A stretch of 64,000 nucleotides of DNA from Octopus vulgaris (Eukaryota): the NCBI GenBank assembly GCA_951406725.2, contig OX597821.1, positions 115,816,001 through 115,880,000 of the forward strand, given 5' to 3'. Positions 1 to 13,254 of the stretch are shown here, piece by piece. Position 1 is the stretch's first letter, and each line of letters opens with the position of its first letter. A program made the translations under genes and the position numbers. The notes below the pieces were generated by a model that was not told the DNA's origin, ran no database searches, and saw only the letters and a list, made by a program, of their open reading frames with translations.

Positions 1-413
1 AATGACTGTTTAATTCTTCAGCAACGAACGTATAGAAGCGTGCTACGGTAACCTTAGTGAGGATGGTTTGAATTCTGTAAACAAATGTTAGCAGCGTTCT
101 TGGCAAGTTTCATTATTTTCTGAAGACTTTGTTCTCAAGCAATGTGTCAGGAGGGCAAGTCAACATTTTGGTATCTTGGTATTTGCATTCAGTACACCAA
201 GCGTTAGCGAAAGATTTCAGCGGTGTTACTAATATTTACCGCATTTAGTTGTTCATGCGTTGCAGTACTGGGTGGACTTGACCTTTGTGTGGTAATCACC
301 TTGCCACAAAGAATATGGTGACGGTTTCTCGGTTGCTTATTCTTCACCTTGTACTAGCTATAAATCATGATTTACTATGCAAGAAATATTGGAAATGTAC
401 ATATAAAAACATC

Positions 414-851
414 GGATCTTTTCGGTTTGAACGGCAGTTTTTTCTAGCGGTGTCATATGAAATTGTCACCCATAATTATGACTCTAGTATCGATCTATTG
501 CATTTCAATCTGTTTCAGGGTTAGGGTTAGTTAGGGTTATGGTTAGGGATGGGGGGAAAGGGTATCTTTTTTTCTTCAGAAATGTAAATAAACCCAATCT
601 GTTTCTTAAACGAGGGACATATTCATACGGCACAGAATGTTTTTTTTACCTCAATAGACGTCATTGATTGGTTGAAATTGCAGAAATTGAAGAAAAAAAC
701 AACAACAAATATCTTACAAACTATAGAATTTTCTCAATAAAGCCAATAGAAAAAGATGTTTTATAAACACATTCTACCAGTATACGAAGTTTAAAATTTG
801 TTAGTTACCTAGAAATTATGTTAAAAACTGCCGTTTAAACCGAAATGATCC
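414..851. mobile_element. Non-autonomous DNA transposon (MITE) with ~29-bp TIRs and 8-bp TSD, carrying internal TTAGGG-like repeats
   Basis: Starts GGATCTTTTCGGTTTGAACGGCAGTTTTT and ends AAAAACTGCCGTTTAAACCGAAATGATCC; AAAACATC flanks both sides (406-413, 852-859); GG-starting TIR plus 8-bp TSD fits Merlin- or Mutator-like superfamilies. Confidence 0.85.
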
Positions 852-1054
852 AAAACATCATCTGTATTAGAATGAATGTTTCCTCATTAATAAACATTTT
901 GTCTCGACAATGGACTACAACGTATTACTATTCTTTCCTCTTTACAGTGTACTACAAGTCTTACCTTGTTTTGGTTATTTTTATCACACAAAAGAAATTC
1001 TCTGTATCGTTTTTAAGATGAAAGTCTAAAGTGTCTACCAATATTTATGTTTGC

Positions 1055-1210
1055 TGGCACGTCGGGCAAAATGCATAGCGGCGGCATTTCGTCCTGTCTC
1101 TACGTGCTGAGTTTAAGTGCTGCCGGGGTCAACTCTACGCTTCATCTTTTTAGGGGGTCAATAAAATAAATACCAGTTGAATACTGGGGCCGATGTAATC
1201 GACTGACTCC
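1055..1210 (+). mobile_element. Degenerate tRNA-derived SINE (family A, Nin/Deu-like central domain)
   Basis: Diverged match to intact copies at 7516 and 15129 (GGGGTCAATAAAATAAATACCAGTTGAATACTGGGG). Confidence 0.7.
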
Positions 1211-2430
1211 CTCTTCCGTACGGTTGGTACATGGAGTGTCATTATAATAATGATGTGGAACTATCTATAATATAAAATAAAATACAGGCCGCAATTTATT
1301 GGCTGCGAGAGGGAGAGACAGTGACGGAAAACCCTGCCCTAGAGTGTATGAAGGGAGTTTGCCTGGTGAAGCTTAGTATTATCAGTTACATTTATTATAA
1401 AATTTGAAACCGGAACAATAAGCTAAAGAATCACCTATTGATTACAGAATATTGCCGCTACCTACAACGGACTACTATATGTCATATAAGTTTATGTTGG
1501 CAGTTGAAATGGTGCAGACTGCGTACCTTCAGTTGACATGTTAACACTTTTATTGATTAAACCAATTATGACTCTCAGTTTAAGGTACACATTATGGTAT
1601 ATACATTTACAAATGGTGAAAGAAAATAAAGCATTTTATACTATAAATGGTCGTAGGTTATAAATTTTCAATGTAAATATGTTTTTATTTAAAAAAATTA
1701 TTTGGTTGGTAAAAAATTAAACGTGTAATTAGTTTTTCCTCGTGATAGCCATTGGCTTTGATATCGATTTAATTTTTGACCAGAAGGACTTCATTGTCAT
1801 GTGAATATTGATGATTAACACAAATAAAAATTAATTAATCAAATTATCAATGGCGCCCAATTTACTAGAACAATTTTGCGACAATTACTTAGCGTAGAAG
1901 AATTAATTTCTTATTAATATATGATGGACAAAATATAAACTTCATCATTATTAGTTGATGTTGTCTTCTGATTGTCTTGACAGAGATAATCAACTCTTTA
2001 TAATCAAACTAATGAATTTGACTCTATAAACAAGAGCACAAGAATCTTAATTAAAACCGCAAATAATTATGAAGACGCTTTTGATGAACATAGAAAAAAT
2101 TATACTCTGTGGTGTTTAGCTTCGACTGTTTAAGCACCTAGTGGGGAAATTTAATTGGTACTGACAACTAAAGGCAAGTGATTAAAATACAAGTCTTAAC
2201 AGGAAAAGTATCCCCATCAATTCCCTAATGGTACTATAAGTAAATCCTCCACGGGAATTTGAAATGAAAATACATTAGGGTTTACTCGAGTTGTCTGTTA
2301 CAGACAAGGCCCGAAGATAGCTTGAAACTCGGCAGTGGAAGCCAACAAGATATTCAGTAATCACACTAAGCCTCGCTACATATAGTAATAAGCTGTATTC
2401 ACCACATACTTAACATCTACTACTAAGTGT

Positions 2431-2909
2431 GTGGAGGCGCAATGGCCCAGTGGTTAGGGCAGCGGACTCGCGGTTTCGATTCCCGGACCGGGCATTGTGA
2501 GTGTTTATTGAGCGAAAACACCTAAAGCTCCCCTGCTGTACTCTTTCACCACAACTTTCTCTCACTCTTTCTTCCTGCTTCTGTTGTATCTGTATTTCAA
2601 AGGGCCAGCCTTGTCACACTCTGTGTCACGCTGAATCTCCTCGAGATCTACGTTAAGGGTACACGTGTCTGTGGAGTGCTCAGCCACTTGCACGTTAATA
2701 AATGAGCTGCGACGTCACTGGTGCCAAGCTGTATCGGCCCCTTTGCCTTTCCCTTGGATAACATCGGTGGCGTGCAGAGGGGAGGTTGGTATGCGTGGGC
2801 GACTGCTGGTCTTCCATAAAAAACCTTGCCCAGACTTGTACCTCGGAGGGTAACTTTCTAGGTGCAATCCCATGGTCAGTCATGACCGAAGGAGGTCACA
2901 ATCACAATC
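2431..2909 (+). mobile_element. Full-length tRNA-derived CORE-like SINE (family C)
   Basis: A box TGGCCCAGTGGTTAGG, B box GGTTTCGATTCC, (CACAAT)n tail, 12-bp TSD ACTACTAAGTGT at 2419-2430 and 2910-2921. Confidence 0.9.
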
Positions 2910-3518
2910 ACTACTAAGTGTATGTACAGTGGTCAGTGTTGGTGCAAGGAGTCAAGCAACTGACCCTTCTGCTAATACTCTCGCACTAATGTCAATTCAC
3001 TCGGTAAAAAGTAAATGTTTTGACAATTTTTAAATCTGACTATCACTCGCATTTATTAGAGAACAAATATAAGACATGATAGTAATGCTTCTTTTAGAGT
3101 ATTTAAGGCGTGAAGTAGATAGCTACACGGGGAAACGAAACCAACTTTCGGATATTGATCATTGAAAGTTTTCCTGTATTGAGTTCGCTACAACCCGTAA
3201 CCCATAATGATTTCTTTACGAAGCATATAGAAGAAATAAGATACAACTACGCGGCGAAGTTTTGGTATATTACTTAATATTCCTCCATCCACTTCCCGTA
3301 GAGTCGTGGACAAGTGCATGGGGACGTTGTGTCAAATGCAGATCAGTGAGTTCAATTCCAACACACGTGATAAAATAAAATTACATTGGACAGACTTGGA
3401 GGTCTTTCTTCTGCGCTAAGAGAGCCAACTGCTAGTTATTAACAATAATTACGAATTAGTTGTTTTTAAACATCATATATAAAATTATGAAACATGTTCA
3501 AGAGCTCAACACAAAATA

Positions 3519-4775
3519 GGGGAGACAGGGTCTAGTTGTTACACGAGTAAGTTGTTACAAGCCCATTGTTTCCAATTTCAAGAAATAAGTGGTACTCGGG
3601 TCTCTACCTCATGAAGGCCACCTCCATAGCATCACGACTGCACATGCGTATTTCACTGGCGGGCTGTCACCAGGAAACGATTTTTTACTTCAAAAGGGAA
3701 ATTTTGCCACAAAGGTATTTTCTTAACTACTAAAGCACAAGTTGTGTTACTGAAGTAATTTGTGGCTCATTAGGAAGTGTCGGAAGTTGCCTTCGATATA
3801 TGAAGGTGTGTCCTGGATGCCATGCATTGCTAGTGCTATGTACGAGGTAATCTCCAGAAATCCATGGTCGGGGCTAATTGTTACAGTGTATCAACTTACC
3901 CCAGGCATGTAACAACTTACCCCTTCTATTTCAGTTTAACATGCCATACTTAGAAATTACGAAAGGAAGACTACAAGGGGGGATATCCCTTCCGATGTCA
4001 TGGAAAGAGCCACCAGAAAAGTTGTGGATGAAAAGAAATCATTACGGGATGTTACCGTAAAGCAGTGCATAGTGGATGAAATAGACGAACGGAAATCCAA
4101 ACAAAAGAAGGCAACTAGTACATAAAAGGCACCAAAAGGGAAGAGAAAGTCAGCTAAAATAGGTAAAGGCAAAGAGAAGCAGCCTCGCAGCAAGCAAGTC
4201 GTCGACTGGAAATGCCTTGTCTGTTCAGATTGATATTCCAATTCCCTTTCAGGTGAAGAATGGGTGCAATGCATGGACTTTCTGTGTGATTTGTGTGGTG
4301 AGAAGTTAATGGAGGACGATTCTGACTAGATGGCACATGTAACAATGGGGAAATTGGCTGATGAGGACTCTCAGTGTTACAGTTAGGATATGAGGTGATT
4401 CAAAGCACAGTTAATTAATTAAAATAATACTTCCTAGATGCAAGAAGCAGGAGACGTATTTATTTTAAACTTGTTTGTTAACATAATCCCGAGTTATCGA
4501 CAGTTGTAACAAAGTATCCCCAGCAAGTGTCACAACGCACCCTGCACCCCGCACTCGGGGAAAATTGTTACAGCTCACAACACCTCATTAATTAGAACCT
4601 GTCTAATTAATGTTATTTAATTTCTGTTTTCTGCTGGTGATAACAATAAATAGAGATGGTTTACTAATTAAATCTGAAAAGAAACTTCGGCTGTGTTCAT
4701 TTATGTGGGTGCCAAGGCAAAAAAAAAAAAAAAGAAAAAGAAAAGAAAAATGTAACAGCTAGACCCGGTCTCCCC
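3519..4775 (+). mobile_element. Internally deleted pogo/Fot1-like Tc1-mariner transposon
   Basis: TIRs GGGGAGACAGGGTCTAGTTGTTACA / TGTAACAGCTAGACCCGGTCTCCCC, TA TSD; remnant psq-type HTH (RNYERKTTRGDIPSDVMERATRKVVDEKKSLRDV, ~3952-4055) and C-terminal PHD-like motif (WKCLVCSD*...EEWVQCM...CDLC, ~4205-4296); DDE domain absent. Confidence 0.85.
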
Positions 4776-4879
4776 TATAATCCAGAAAACGAACTCACAA
4801 GAAAAGAGTCTGCTAACTTGCACCTCTGCTCAGTCCCTAATAATAAAACTAAGCAGCATTTATTATTAGTAGCCTTAAT

Positions 4880-5162
4880 ATTGATTTTAAATTTTGGCTC
4901 AAGACCAGCAATTTCGAAGGAAAAGTCGATTATATCTGGTACTTATTATATCCTTTACTACTCAAGGCACAAGGCCCGAAATTTTTGGGGATGGAGCTAG
5001 CCGATTAGATCGATCTCAGTACGCAACTGGAACTTATATCGACCTCGAAAGAATGAAAGGCAAAGTCGGCCTTGGCGGAATTTGAACTCAGAACGTAAAA
5101 ACGGTTGAAATGCCGCTAAGCATTTTGTCCGACGTTTTACCGATTCTGCCAGCTCACTGCCT
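4880..5162 (-). mobile_element. Family A SINE with partial duplicated 3' end
   Basis: Reverse-strand CGAAAGAATGAAAGGCAAAGTCGGCCTTGGCGGAATTTGAACTCAG matches the 7516 copy. Confidence 0.85.
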
Positions 5163-5559
5163 TGAGTTACCTTAATAATGAAATCAAAAGTTAATTACTT
5201 TAAAGAACAGAGACCCCCCCCACAAAAAAAAACAAAACAAAAAAACAAAAACAAAATAAAACAAAAAAACAAGTGACTAGTTAAGGTGAAGGAGATTGTT
5301 AGACTGTCTACCATCAGAGTAGTTATAAACACTTCCAACTAATTCTGAAATTTAAGTGAAGCATGTTTCCTCTCGTTATTTGGGCTCAGATCAAAACAAA
5401 TCGAGTAGATCGACGACCGAACGTGTTTCCCTTTTTAAACAGCGAGGAAGATATAGATGAAAAACAAATCGAAAAACATTTTTTTCATTTTTCATTGAAG
5501 GACGTTTTCGTTTTTGTTCTGATAATGAAAAGGGAAAATAAGTGAACTTTTGTTGAAGA

Positions 5560-6400
5560 AAGGCATTTCTCTAAAGCATTTAGACATTCTTTTCAAGCCT
5601 GTTCTATTTCATTTTCATTATGCATTATAAAAGAATAAAAAGTACGTGGCACATCTACACATAATACACGTACAATACAATAGTAAATGCAAAAATAATA
5701 CAATAGATTACATTGAAATATAAGTTGACATCCAAACAAAGACATAATCCCCTAAATATAGAGAGACAGGTTCATTTGTGTAGTAAAGTTATGAAAAGTA
5801 AACACTGTTTCCAAATATAGTCATAAGTCTGACTGTACCTTTAGCGTCATATATATGGCCGCAAGTGGTGAAGCTTGAAGCTGAGATGACTATTGTCTGG
5901 AGTGATGCTGACTGCAGTCGGTTGTCAATGATTTTTTAACTTTTCGTAACCTGTTGCAATTTGTTTTGGTCCATATGACGTAGTTACAATTCCATATACT
6001 GCAATGTATTAACTTTAGCGAAGTTTGCTCTATTGCAAACATAAAAGACAACATTCCAACCCGAGAGGAACTTTCCCCATTCCTCGTACTCGTTCCGGAG
6101 ACCTTGAAAACAGTCATTAAATATTATTGGTGCTGTTCTTTCTCATTCGACTAAATCACAAAATAATGCTTTCAGTTATACATGGATTGAAGCTGAGCAA
6201 CATTCGAGGTGGAAAACTCATTTCCCCTGTGTCTGGGGAGAGTTATTTTCTTTTTGTGCCTTATAATTTAACACACTTACCGGTAAAATTTCCACTTGAT
6301 TTTATTTTTACTTTCCTAAAATTTTCGTTGCGTCTTGCAACCTTTTCAATAGTCATGATAGAAATGGTAAGACAACAAAAGAATGAAAAAGACCTCGATA
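5560..6400 (-). mobile_element. Possible highly decayed L1/Tx1-like LINE 3' region
   Basis: YVIWTKTN resembles the L1/Tx1 C-terminal IWxxRN motif; weak upstream Cys-knuckle-like residues. Confidence 0.3.
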
Positions 6401-6421
6401 TTATGTAAATAGAGGAATTTA

Positions 6422-6639
6422 TCTGTAAATATAATATGTGACAATTATTCGGTAGCCATGATAAATCTCCGAGTTTCGGATGTCGGGGCGGAAACCCACG
6501 TCGGCATCTTTTCATTTATCGGGACATCGGAAAAATGGCCCGATAACTGAAGAGATGCCGGCGTAGGTTTCCGCTCCGCCATCCGAAACTCGGAGTTTTA
6601 TCATCGCTACCGAATAATTGTCACATATTATATTTCCAG

Positions 6640-6640
<1 letters not shown>
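6422..6640. repeat. ~100-bp-arm fold-back inverted repeat abutting (TA)n
   Basis: 6422-6523 is the reverse complement of 6539-6640 with few mismatches. Confidence 0.92.
6542..6602 (+). ncRNA. Type I hammerhead ribozyme motif
   Basis: GATAA-CTGAAGA-GATG...CATC-C-GAAA-CTC-G-GAG-TT-TTATC: stem I GATAA/TTATC, canonical core, GUU cleavage triplet. Confidence 0.75.
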
Positions 6641-6670
<30 letters not shown>

Positions 6671-7081
6671 CGTATATGCATGTATATATTTGTATGGGTA
6701 TGTATATATATTTGCATTTATGTACTATTTTGGTATATTCTACTGACGAAGGCAAAATAATTGTTCTATTCGATCTAGAATTAACCTCTAAAAAGATTTG
6801 CTAAATCTTTTTTTATTCATTAGCTGGCTTTCAACCTGTGCTTGATGTGGTTTTAGAGTCGTTTGACGTCTATTTATAACACGTTGGTGCTGCTTCTTAG
6901 TACCCTTAATTATAATTATATCTATATAATTATCTATCTCTCTCTCTCTCTATATATATATACATACACACACATATATATACGCATATTTATATATATA
7001 TATACATATATAAACACATATATATCTACCTATATATGCAATATATAAGTGTGTATGTATGTGTGTATGAGTGTATGCATA

Positions 7082-7316
7082 TATCACCGTGACCGACCAG
7101 GTTATCAGATGTTGCTACACATCGCTGTTCACAATGCGCTTCGCATTGTTTTCGCCTTTAAATGACGCCACCTCGCTGGCTAAGCGAGCAGGCCAACAGA
7201 AGAAAGAGAGCCTAGTGGAACTTTAGGTGTTTTCACTCAATAAACACTCACAACGCCCGGTCTGGGAATCGAAACCGCGATCCTACGACCTAACCACTGG
7301 GCCATTGCGCCTCCAC
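7082..7316 (-). mobile_element. Family C SINE head with an alternative 3' body
   Basis: Head is the reverse complement of the 2431 head; the body recurs at 25413-25533. Confidence 0.8.
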
Positions 7317-7339
7317 GTATGCATATATAAGTATGTATG

Positions 7340-7409
<70 letters not shown>

Positions 7410-7423
7410 TGTATGTATGTATG

Positions 7424-7513
<90 letters not shown>

Positions 7514-7515
7514 TA

Positions 7516-7746
7516 GGCGGCGAGCTGGCAGAAATGTTAGCGCGCCGGGCGAAATGCGTAGCCGTATTTCATCTGTCGTTACGTTCCGAGTTCAAATTCC
7601 GCCGAGATCGACTTTGCCTTTCATCCTTTCGGGGTCGATAAATTAAGTACCAGTTACGCACTGGGGTCGATGTAATCGACTTAATCCGTTTGTCTGTCCT
7701 TGTTTGTCCTCTCTGTGTTTAGCTCCTTGTAGGTAGTAAAGAAATA
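7516..7746 (+). mobile_element. Full-length family A tRNA-derived SINE in (TA)n
   Basis: GGCGGCGAGCTGGCAGAA head, B-box-like GAGTTCAAATTCC, central GACTTTGCCTTTCATCCTTTCGGGGTCGATAAATTAAGTACCAG, tail GTAGTAAAGAAATA. Confidence 0.92.
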
Positions 7747-7768
7747 TATATATATAAATATATATATG

Positions 7769-7806
<38 letters not shown>

Positions 7807-8266
7807 TGTATATAAATATATATACACACTGAGACATGCCTGCATGCATTTGTAAATACATGTGTATATTCGGATTAGTATTTGTGTATCCATGAATATA
7901 GCTTGCGCAAATTGCTCTAAATGTGTTGAATATCTATGCAGAAATTCATGTAAATTTTTTGTAATATAACCAATCTATTGAAAGAATTAAAAAATATTTC
8001 TTACTATTTTATAAATGAACCGTATCTTTGTGAACATATGCGTATGTCTCTTCTTACCCTAAGTACCTTTCAGTACGTGTATGTATGTATATGTGTGTGT
8101 GTGTAGTTCGCTCTCCTCCTCTTTTTCTCTCTCACACACGCACACACATACACACATATGTTATAGTACACACATGCACACGCATACATACGTATATGCA
8201 AGCTACACAGTATATCTGCAGAAGTTCATGCGCATATATACTTGTGTAGCAGTGAATAATATAATA

Positions 8267-8672
8267 TATATTGCAAATAAGACAATGGAGAAGCACAATA
8301 GTTGGTTCATCAACTTTAGGACATTAAAATGTTAACTTACTTATTTATTAAAATGATAATTATAATAACATACATACATATAGCATATTATTCTATGCAT
8401 ATAAAATAAAAATACAAGTAATTATTAAAAAAAAACATGAATATAAATTATTGAAATAACTTACAGTTGTTTCAGCCCGTAGATAAAATCATCTCATTCT
8501 GCCTATATTAGTCAAGTGTATTGAGGTAATAGGCAGTTGAAAATGAGGTCCTTATATATATCTGTAGGCCTCGTCGGAGATTATAAGGTACAATCATACA
8601 CATACATACACACACGCACGAATATAAATATAAAATAAAATGACAACACACAGTCTTGAACTATATTATACC

Positions 8673-8704
<32 letters not shown>

Positions 8705-9097
8705 AGTATGAGAGAGAGAGAGAGAGAGATAGATATGATTTGTGTATATTATACATACATATATCGTTATACATACATGTTATTATATACATATATATAT
8801 ATGTATGCAGAATAATAGTGAAATAACGATATTAACTGTATGATATATTGATATACTGATATTGATTGTAAAATTAATATGCGTACATCTGTCATAAACA
8901 TCTGTTTATATATTATACTATATTCTATATTTTATATTTCATATACTATGTATTGTGATGAGCAGAATATACGTAATCTAATATTAATAATAATATTAGT
9001 AATAAATGAATATTATATATGTACTCATGGATATGGATGTGTATGTATATAATAAATTATCTATAACGATATATGTATGTATATTTATATCTATCTA

Positions 9098-9142
<45 letters not shown>

Positions 9143-9527
9143 TTATATATATATATTCAAATGTGTGTGTACTTTGTTTTATATTTATATTTATAATGAT
9201 TGTACTTTATAATCTCCGACGAGGCCTACGGATATATACAAGGACCTCATTTTCAACTGCCTATTACCTCAGTACACTTGACTAATATGGGCAGAATGAG
9301 ATGCTTTTATCTATAGGCTGAAACAGCTGTAAGTTATTTCAATAATTCATATTCATGTTTTTTTAAAAATAATTACTTGTATTTTTATTTTACATACATA
9401 GAATAATATGCTATATGTATGTATGTTATTATAATTATCATTTTAATAAATAAATAAGTTAACATTTTAATGTCCTAAAGTTAATGAACCAACTATTGTG
9501 CTTCTCCATTTTCTTATTTGCAATATA
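8267..9527. repeat. ~330-bp inverted repeat pair (8267-8597 / 9196-9527) around a microsatellite-rich spacer
   Basis: Arms align as reverse complements along their whole length with scattered substitutions. Confidence 0.92.
9210..9336 (+). ncRNA. Hammerhead motif with large loop II (mirror copy at ~8457-8584, minus strand)
   Basis: CCGACGA-GGCCTA...TAGGCT-GAAA-CAGCTG-TA; palindromic stem III ACAGCTGT; bulged stem I TAA(T)CT/AGTTA. Confidence 0.65.
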
Positions 9528-9702
9528 AATTAATGGTAAAATATCTCTTTACCTCCACCCATTCAATACACCAGGTAAGTTAATTGCAATGCAATAAAAA
9601 CACTTGTGTATTAATAATTGGGTATTATACCAACGGTATATTGGATAGATATTATCCCTTAGTGGGTTGAACCCACAACCCCTAACTTTCTTGAAGTTAT
9701 AA

Positions 9703-9744
<42 letters not shown>

Positions 9745-10795
9745 TAGCTCCCTCACACGTATACATGCACACATACATACAGAGTTAGAGAAGGAGAGAA
9801 AGAGAAAGAGAGAGAGAGAGAGGCAAAGAGAGAGAGAGAGGGGGGGAGAAAGAGAGCGAGAAAATAAAGTAGGAAGAACTAGGAAATGATTAACAGGAAA
9901 TAAATGAGACATGGAACAATTCTGGACAGCCAAGGGGCCAGAATCCAACATTTCGGTGCGCGTAAGTCTTGAGGCTTAATCCCATGAAATTACTCCTCTA
10001 GATATGCCAGTGATGGTAAAACAACACTGAGGTAGTGAACTTTAGAAAGACAAACAAACCTAGAATATGCACGAGAGAGACGGAAAATTAAGGGCAAACA
10101 TGTGATACTGTGCCATGGCAAGTACGAATATTGTCTTTTGGCAAAAATATACGACCCGAAGCTAGCGTGAATGGAGGAATAAATATATTACTTTTCGTCT
10201 TAGTATTAGATGAGAGAAAACACGAGAGAGGGACAAGAAGAAAGCTAAAGAGAGGGATAAATAACGAGGGAAAGCTAATAAGAGCAGGTTGCAAGATAGA
10301 GATGGAGAGAAGGAGATAGCGTGGCGAATAAAAAGATAAGAGTCTGACTTACGAACTATAATGATGACAGAGCTTTCAGAACATGAGAAATTAATAAAGT
10401 TCAACGTGAGAAAGGATGAGTCAAGGAGACATAAGATGGGATTGGTCCAGAAAAAAACTGAGATACTCGTACTTATTTTCTCTATGTAGTGTATCAGTAA
10501 TTGGTGCGTCCCGATTAGACTAGTGTCGTAGCCCCAGATAATTTATGTTTTTTTTAAATATTTCGTTGAGCACGTTTATATAAGCTATTCTTTTCTTTGA
10601 CGAGTTGAAATGTACTCTTTTGAACTCTTGTGAGTGTTATTGCCTTCTGTTCACACATATATTTGAATGAACGAAAGGAAGAAACGTACTCAATACGTGT
10701 TGTAGAGATTTTTGCATGCACATACATGCATACATACATACATATATATATGTGTACATGTGCATGTGTATGTATATCTATATAAATATATGCAC

Positions 10796-10860
<65 letters not shown>

Positions 10861-11629
10861 CGTGAGTGTGTGTATGTCTGCATGTGTGCGTAGCCAGTTG
10901 ATCGGTGAACGTTTGTATGGAACAGATTGCAAAGGACAGATGGCGGTTGAAAAGATTACTCCATGCAGACTTAGTCACTTCTCCCCGATTCACACACGCA
11001 TACGAACAGACCCACGCGCATGCACGCACGCATACGCACGCACGCACACAAACACACACACACACATGCACGCACACACACACACACACACCAAGCGCGC
11101 GCGCATACACACTCGTGCTCGGAGCCCGAACGACGTGGTGGTAATGCTGGGTGGAACAGAACTGCCCCACAGACTGAAACGGGGGTGGTAGAAAGGCTTA
11201 CAATAATAGTGAGAGAGGCTTGCCAACAACTGTCTACCTGACCACTTCAATGAATGGTTTGTGAATGAAGGGGTCGTTTGAAGTGGTCCCTACCGAAGCT
11301 GAGGAAGTTATGAGGACAAGCGATGTAAGGTTGGACTGGGCGGTAGTGGTGGTTGAGTATATTGTAAGGTAGTGGTGTTGGTGGCGGCAGTTATGATGGA
11401 GATTGTGATGATGATGGTGGTGGTGGTGGAGATCAGGTTGATGGTGGCGAAGGCGGCGAGGTTGATGAGGGAGGGGGCGGTTGGTGGTGCTAGTGGTTGT
11501 GGTGGTAGCGGTGGTAGTTATTAGTGCAGTGTTGGTGGCGAGGGTGGAGATGGAGTATGGGTGTTATATATGTGACAGGCTTGACAACAACGTGTAAGTA
11601 AACGGAAGATGGTCGTAAGAGGGGGGGAG

Positions 11630-11668
<39 letters not shown>

Positions 11669-12974
11669 AGAAGTACAGAGAGAGAGAGAGAGAGAGAGCG
11701 AGGGAGGGAGGGGAAAACATGTGCGTACAAACACACACACGCTCACACACGCACACACACACACACGCACGCACACACACAGCGAGTGCAAGAGCAGGGT
11801 GAATGGAAGAGAGGAGAATGAGAATGTGATGGAGTCAGCAAAAAAAAAAAAAAAAAAAGAAAAATGAAGCTGCAGTGATGGATAGAGGCGAGTAGAAATA
11901 AATGATAAGATGGTCTGCAAGAGAGGAGGGTGGCTGCTGCATTCTCAGGTAAACAGATGGAGTAGAAGCTGTGGGGTGGGTGTGAGGAAGAGGGATGAAG
12001 AGAAAAATAGAAAAGCCTCGAATGGGGTGGTGATTCTGGGATGGAGATAAAAACTAAAGCGAAAAAAAGAAAAAAAGAAAGAAAAAGAAAAAAGAAAAAG
12101 AAAAGAAAAAGAAATTAGGTGTAGCAGCGAGTCGGGAGACACGGGTCGAAATTAGCACCTCCAGGTTCGTGTTTATGTTTGAGTTACAACTCGCTTATTG
12201 TAGATATGAACAGATAAACCTCCCCCACCAAAAAAAAAAAACCCGAAAAAACCCCCAAAAAATCCAAAAATGACAAAACAAAAAACCACGGGACTGGTGA
12301 AAAGGAGAGAGATAAAGAAAGAAATAAAGAGGGAAAGAGAGGGAGAAAGAAGTGGAAGGAGTAATATTCGGTAAAAAACTTGAAGGAAATTGAAAGTGTA
12401 AAGACGATATCGAAAGAGATAGATGACTAGAGAGAGAGGAAAATAAACAGAGATAGATAGATAGATAGTTTATACTATGCACTCTCAAAATTAGTCAAGA
12501 AATACTTTGGAAAGGTAACGAGAGACTAGTTTTTTTTGTTTGTTATTTGTTTGCACCCGGATTAACCCTTACCAAGCTAAGTTATGATCAAAGACATTCA
12601 AGCCGAAACCATTCCGTCTTTTAGGGATATTCATTGTCTAGTGTACACTTCCTTGTTTAAAAACAGTTGTGCGTGATTTAAGGGAGAACTGACTATTATT
12701 TCTGGCAGGTCTTTGTCGTTCAAACATAATCTGTATTGGGTCCTTAATTTTTATTGACACTAAAGTGTGAATTGAGGGAAATGAAGCTATTGTTTCTTAC
12801 AGTTGAACAGTCCTTTAGAGGTTTCCTCATTGTTAATTAGAATAGGTATAAGGTGTTCCCTTTATTTAGTAGGGAAACATTTAAACGCTTTATACCAAAA
12901 AAACCCAACAGATAGATTTATGAGGCACATGGCAAATATTTGACAGAAATATTGAATAAATAAAACTCAGAAAG

Positions 12975-13062
<88 letters not shown>

Positions 13063-13167
13063 GAGAGAGAGAGAGGGAGAGAGAGTGTGTAGAAAGAATG
13101 TGAGAGAGATAGAAATAGTCGGAGGTGTCGGCAGGAAGTTAAAACAATTAGATAAAAAGAGTGAAAA

Positions 13168-13254
<87 letters not shown>

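Noticed and set aside
116-152. CTGAAGA-CTT...AAG-CAATGTGTC hammerhead-like string
   Set aside because: GAAA missing and stem I only wobble pairs; at best a dead relic
517-548. TTAGGG repeats as a telomere
   Set aside because: Short, imperfect and internal to a MITE
2050-2335. FDEHRK peptide and CCGAAGA-TAGCTT-GAAACTCG suggesting a decayed PLE end
   Set aside because: No UH triplet or stem I, and the peptide similarity is too short
2431-2495. tRNA-like A and B boxes here and at other SINE heads
   Set aside because: SINE heads, not functional tRNA genes (no complete cloverleaf)
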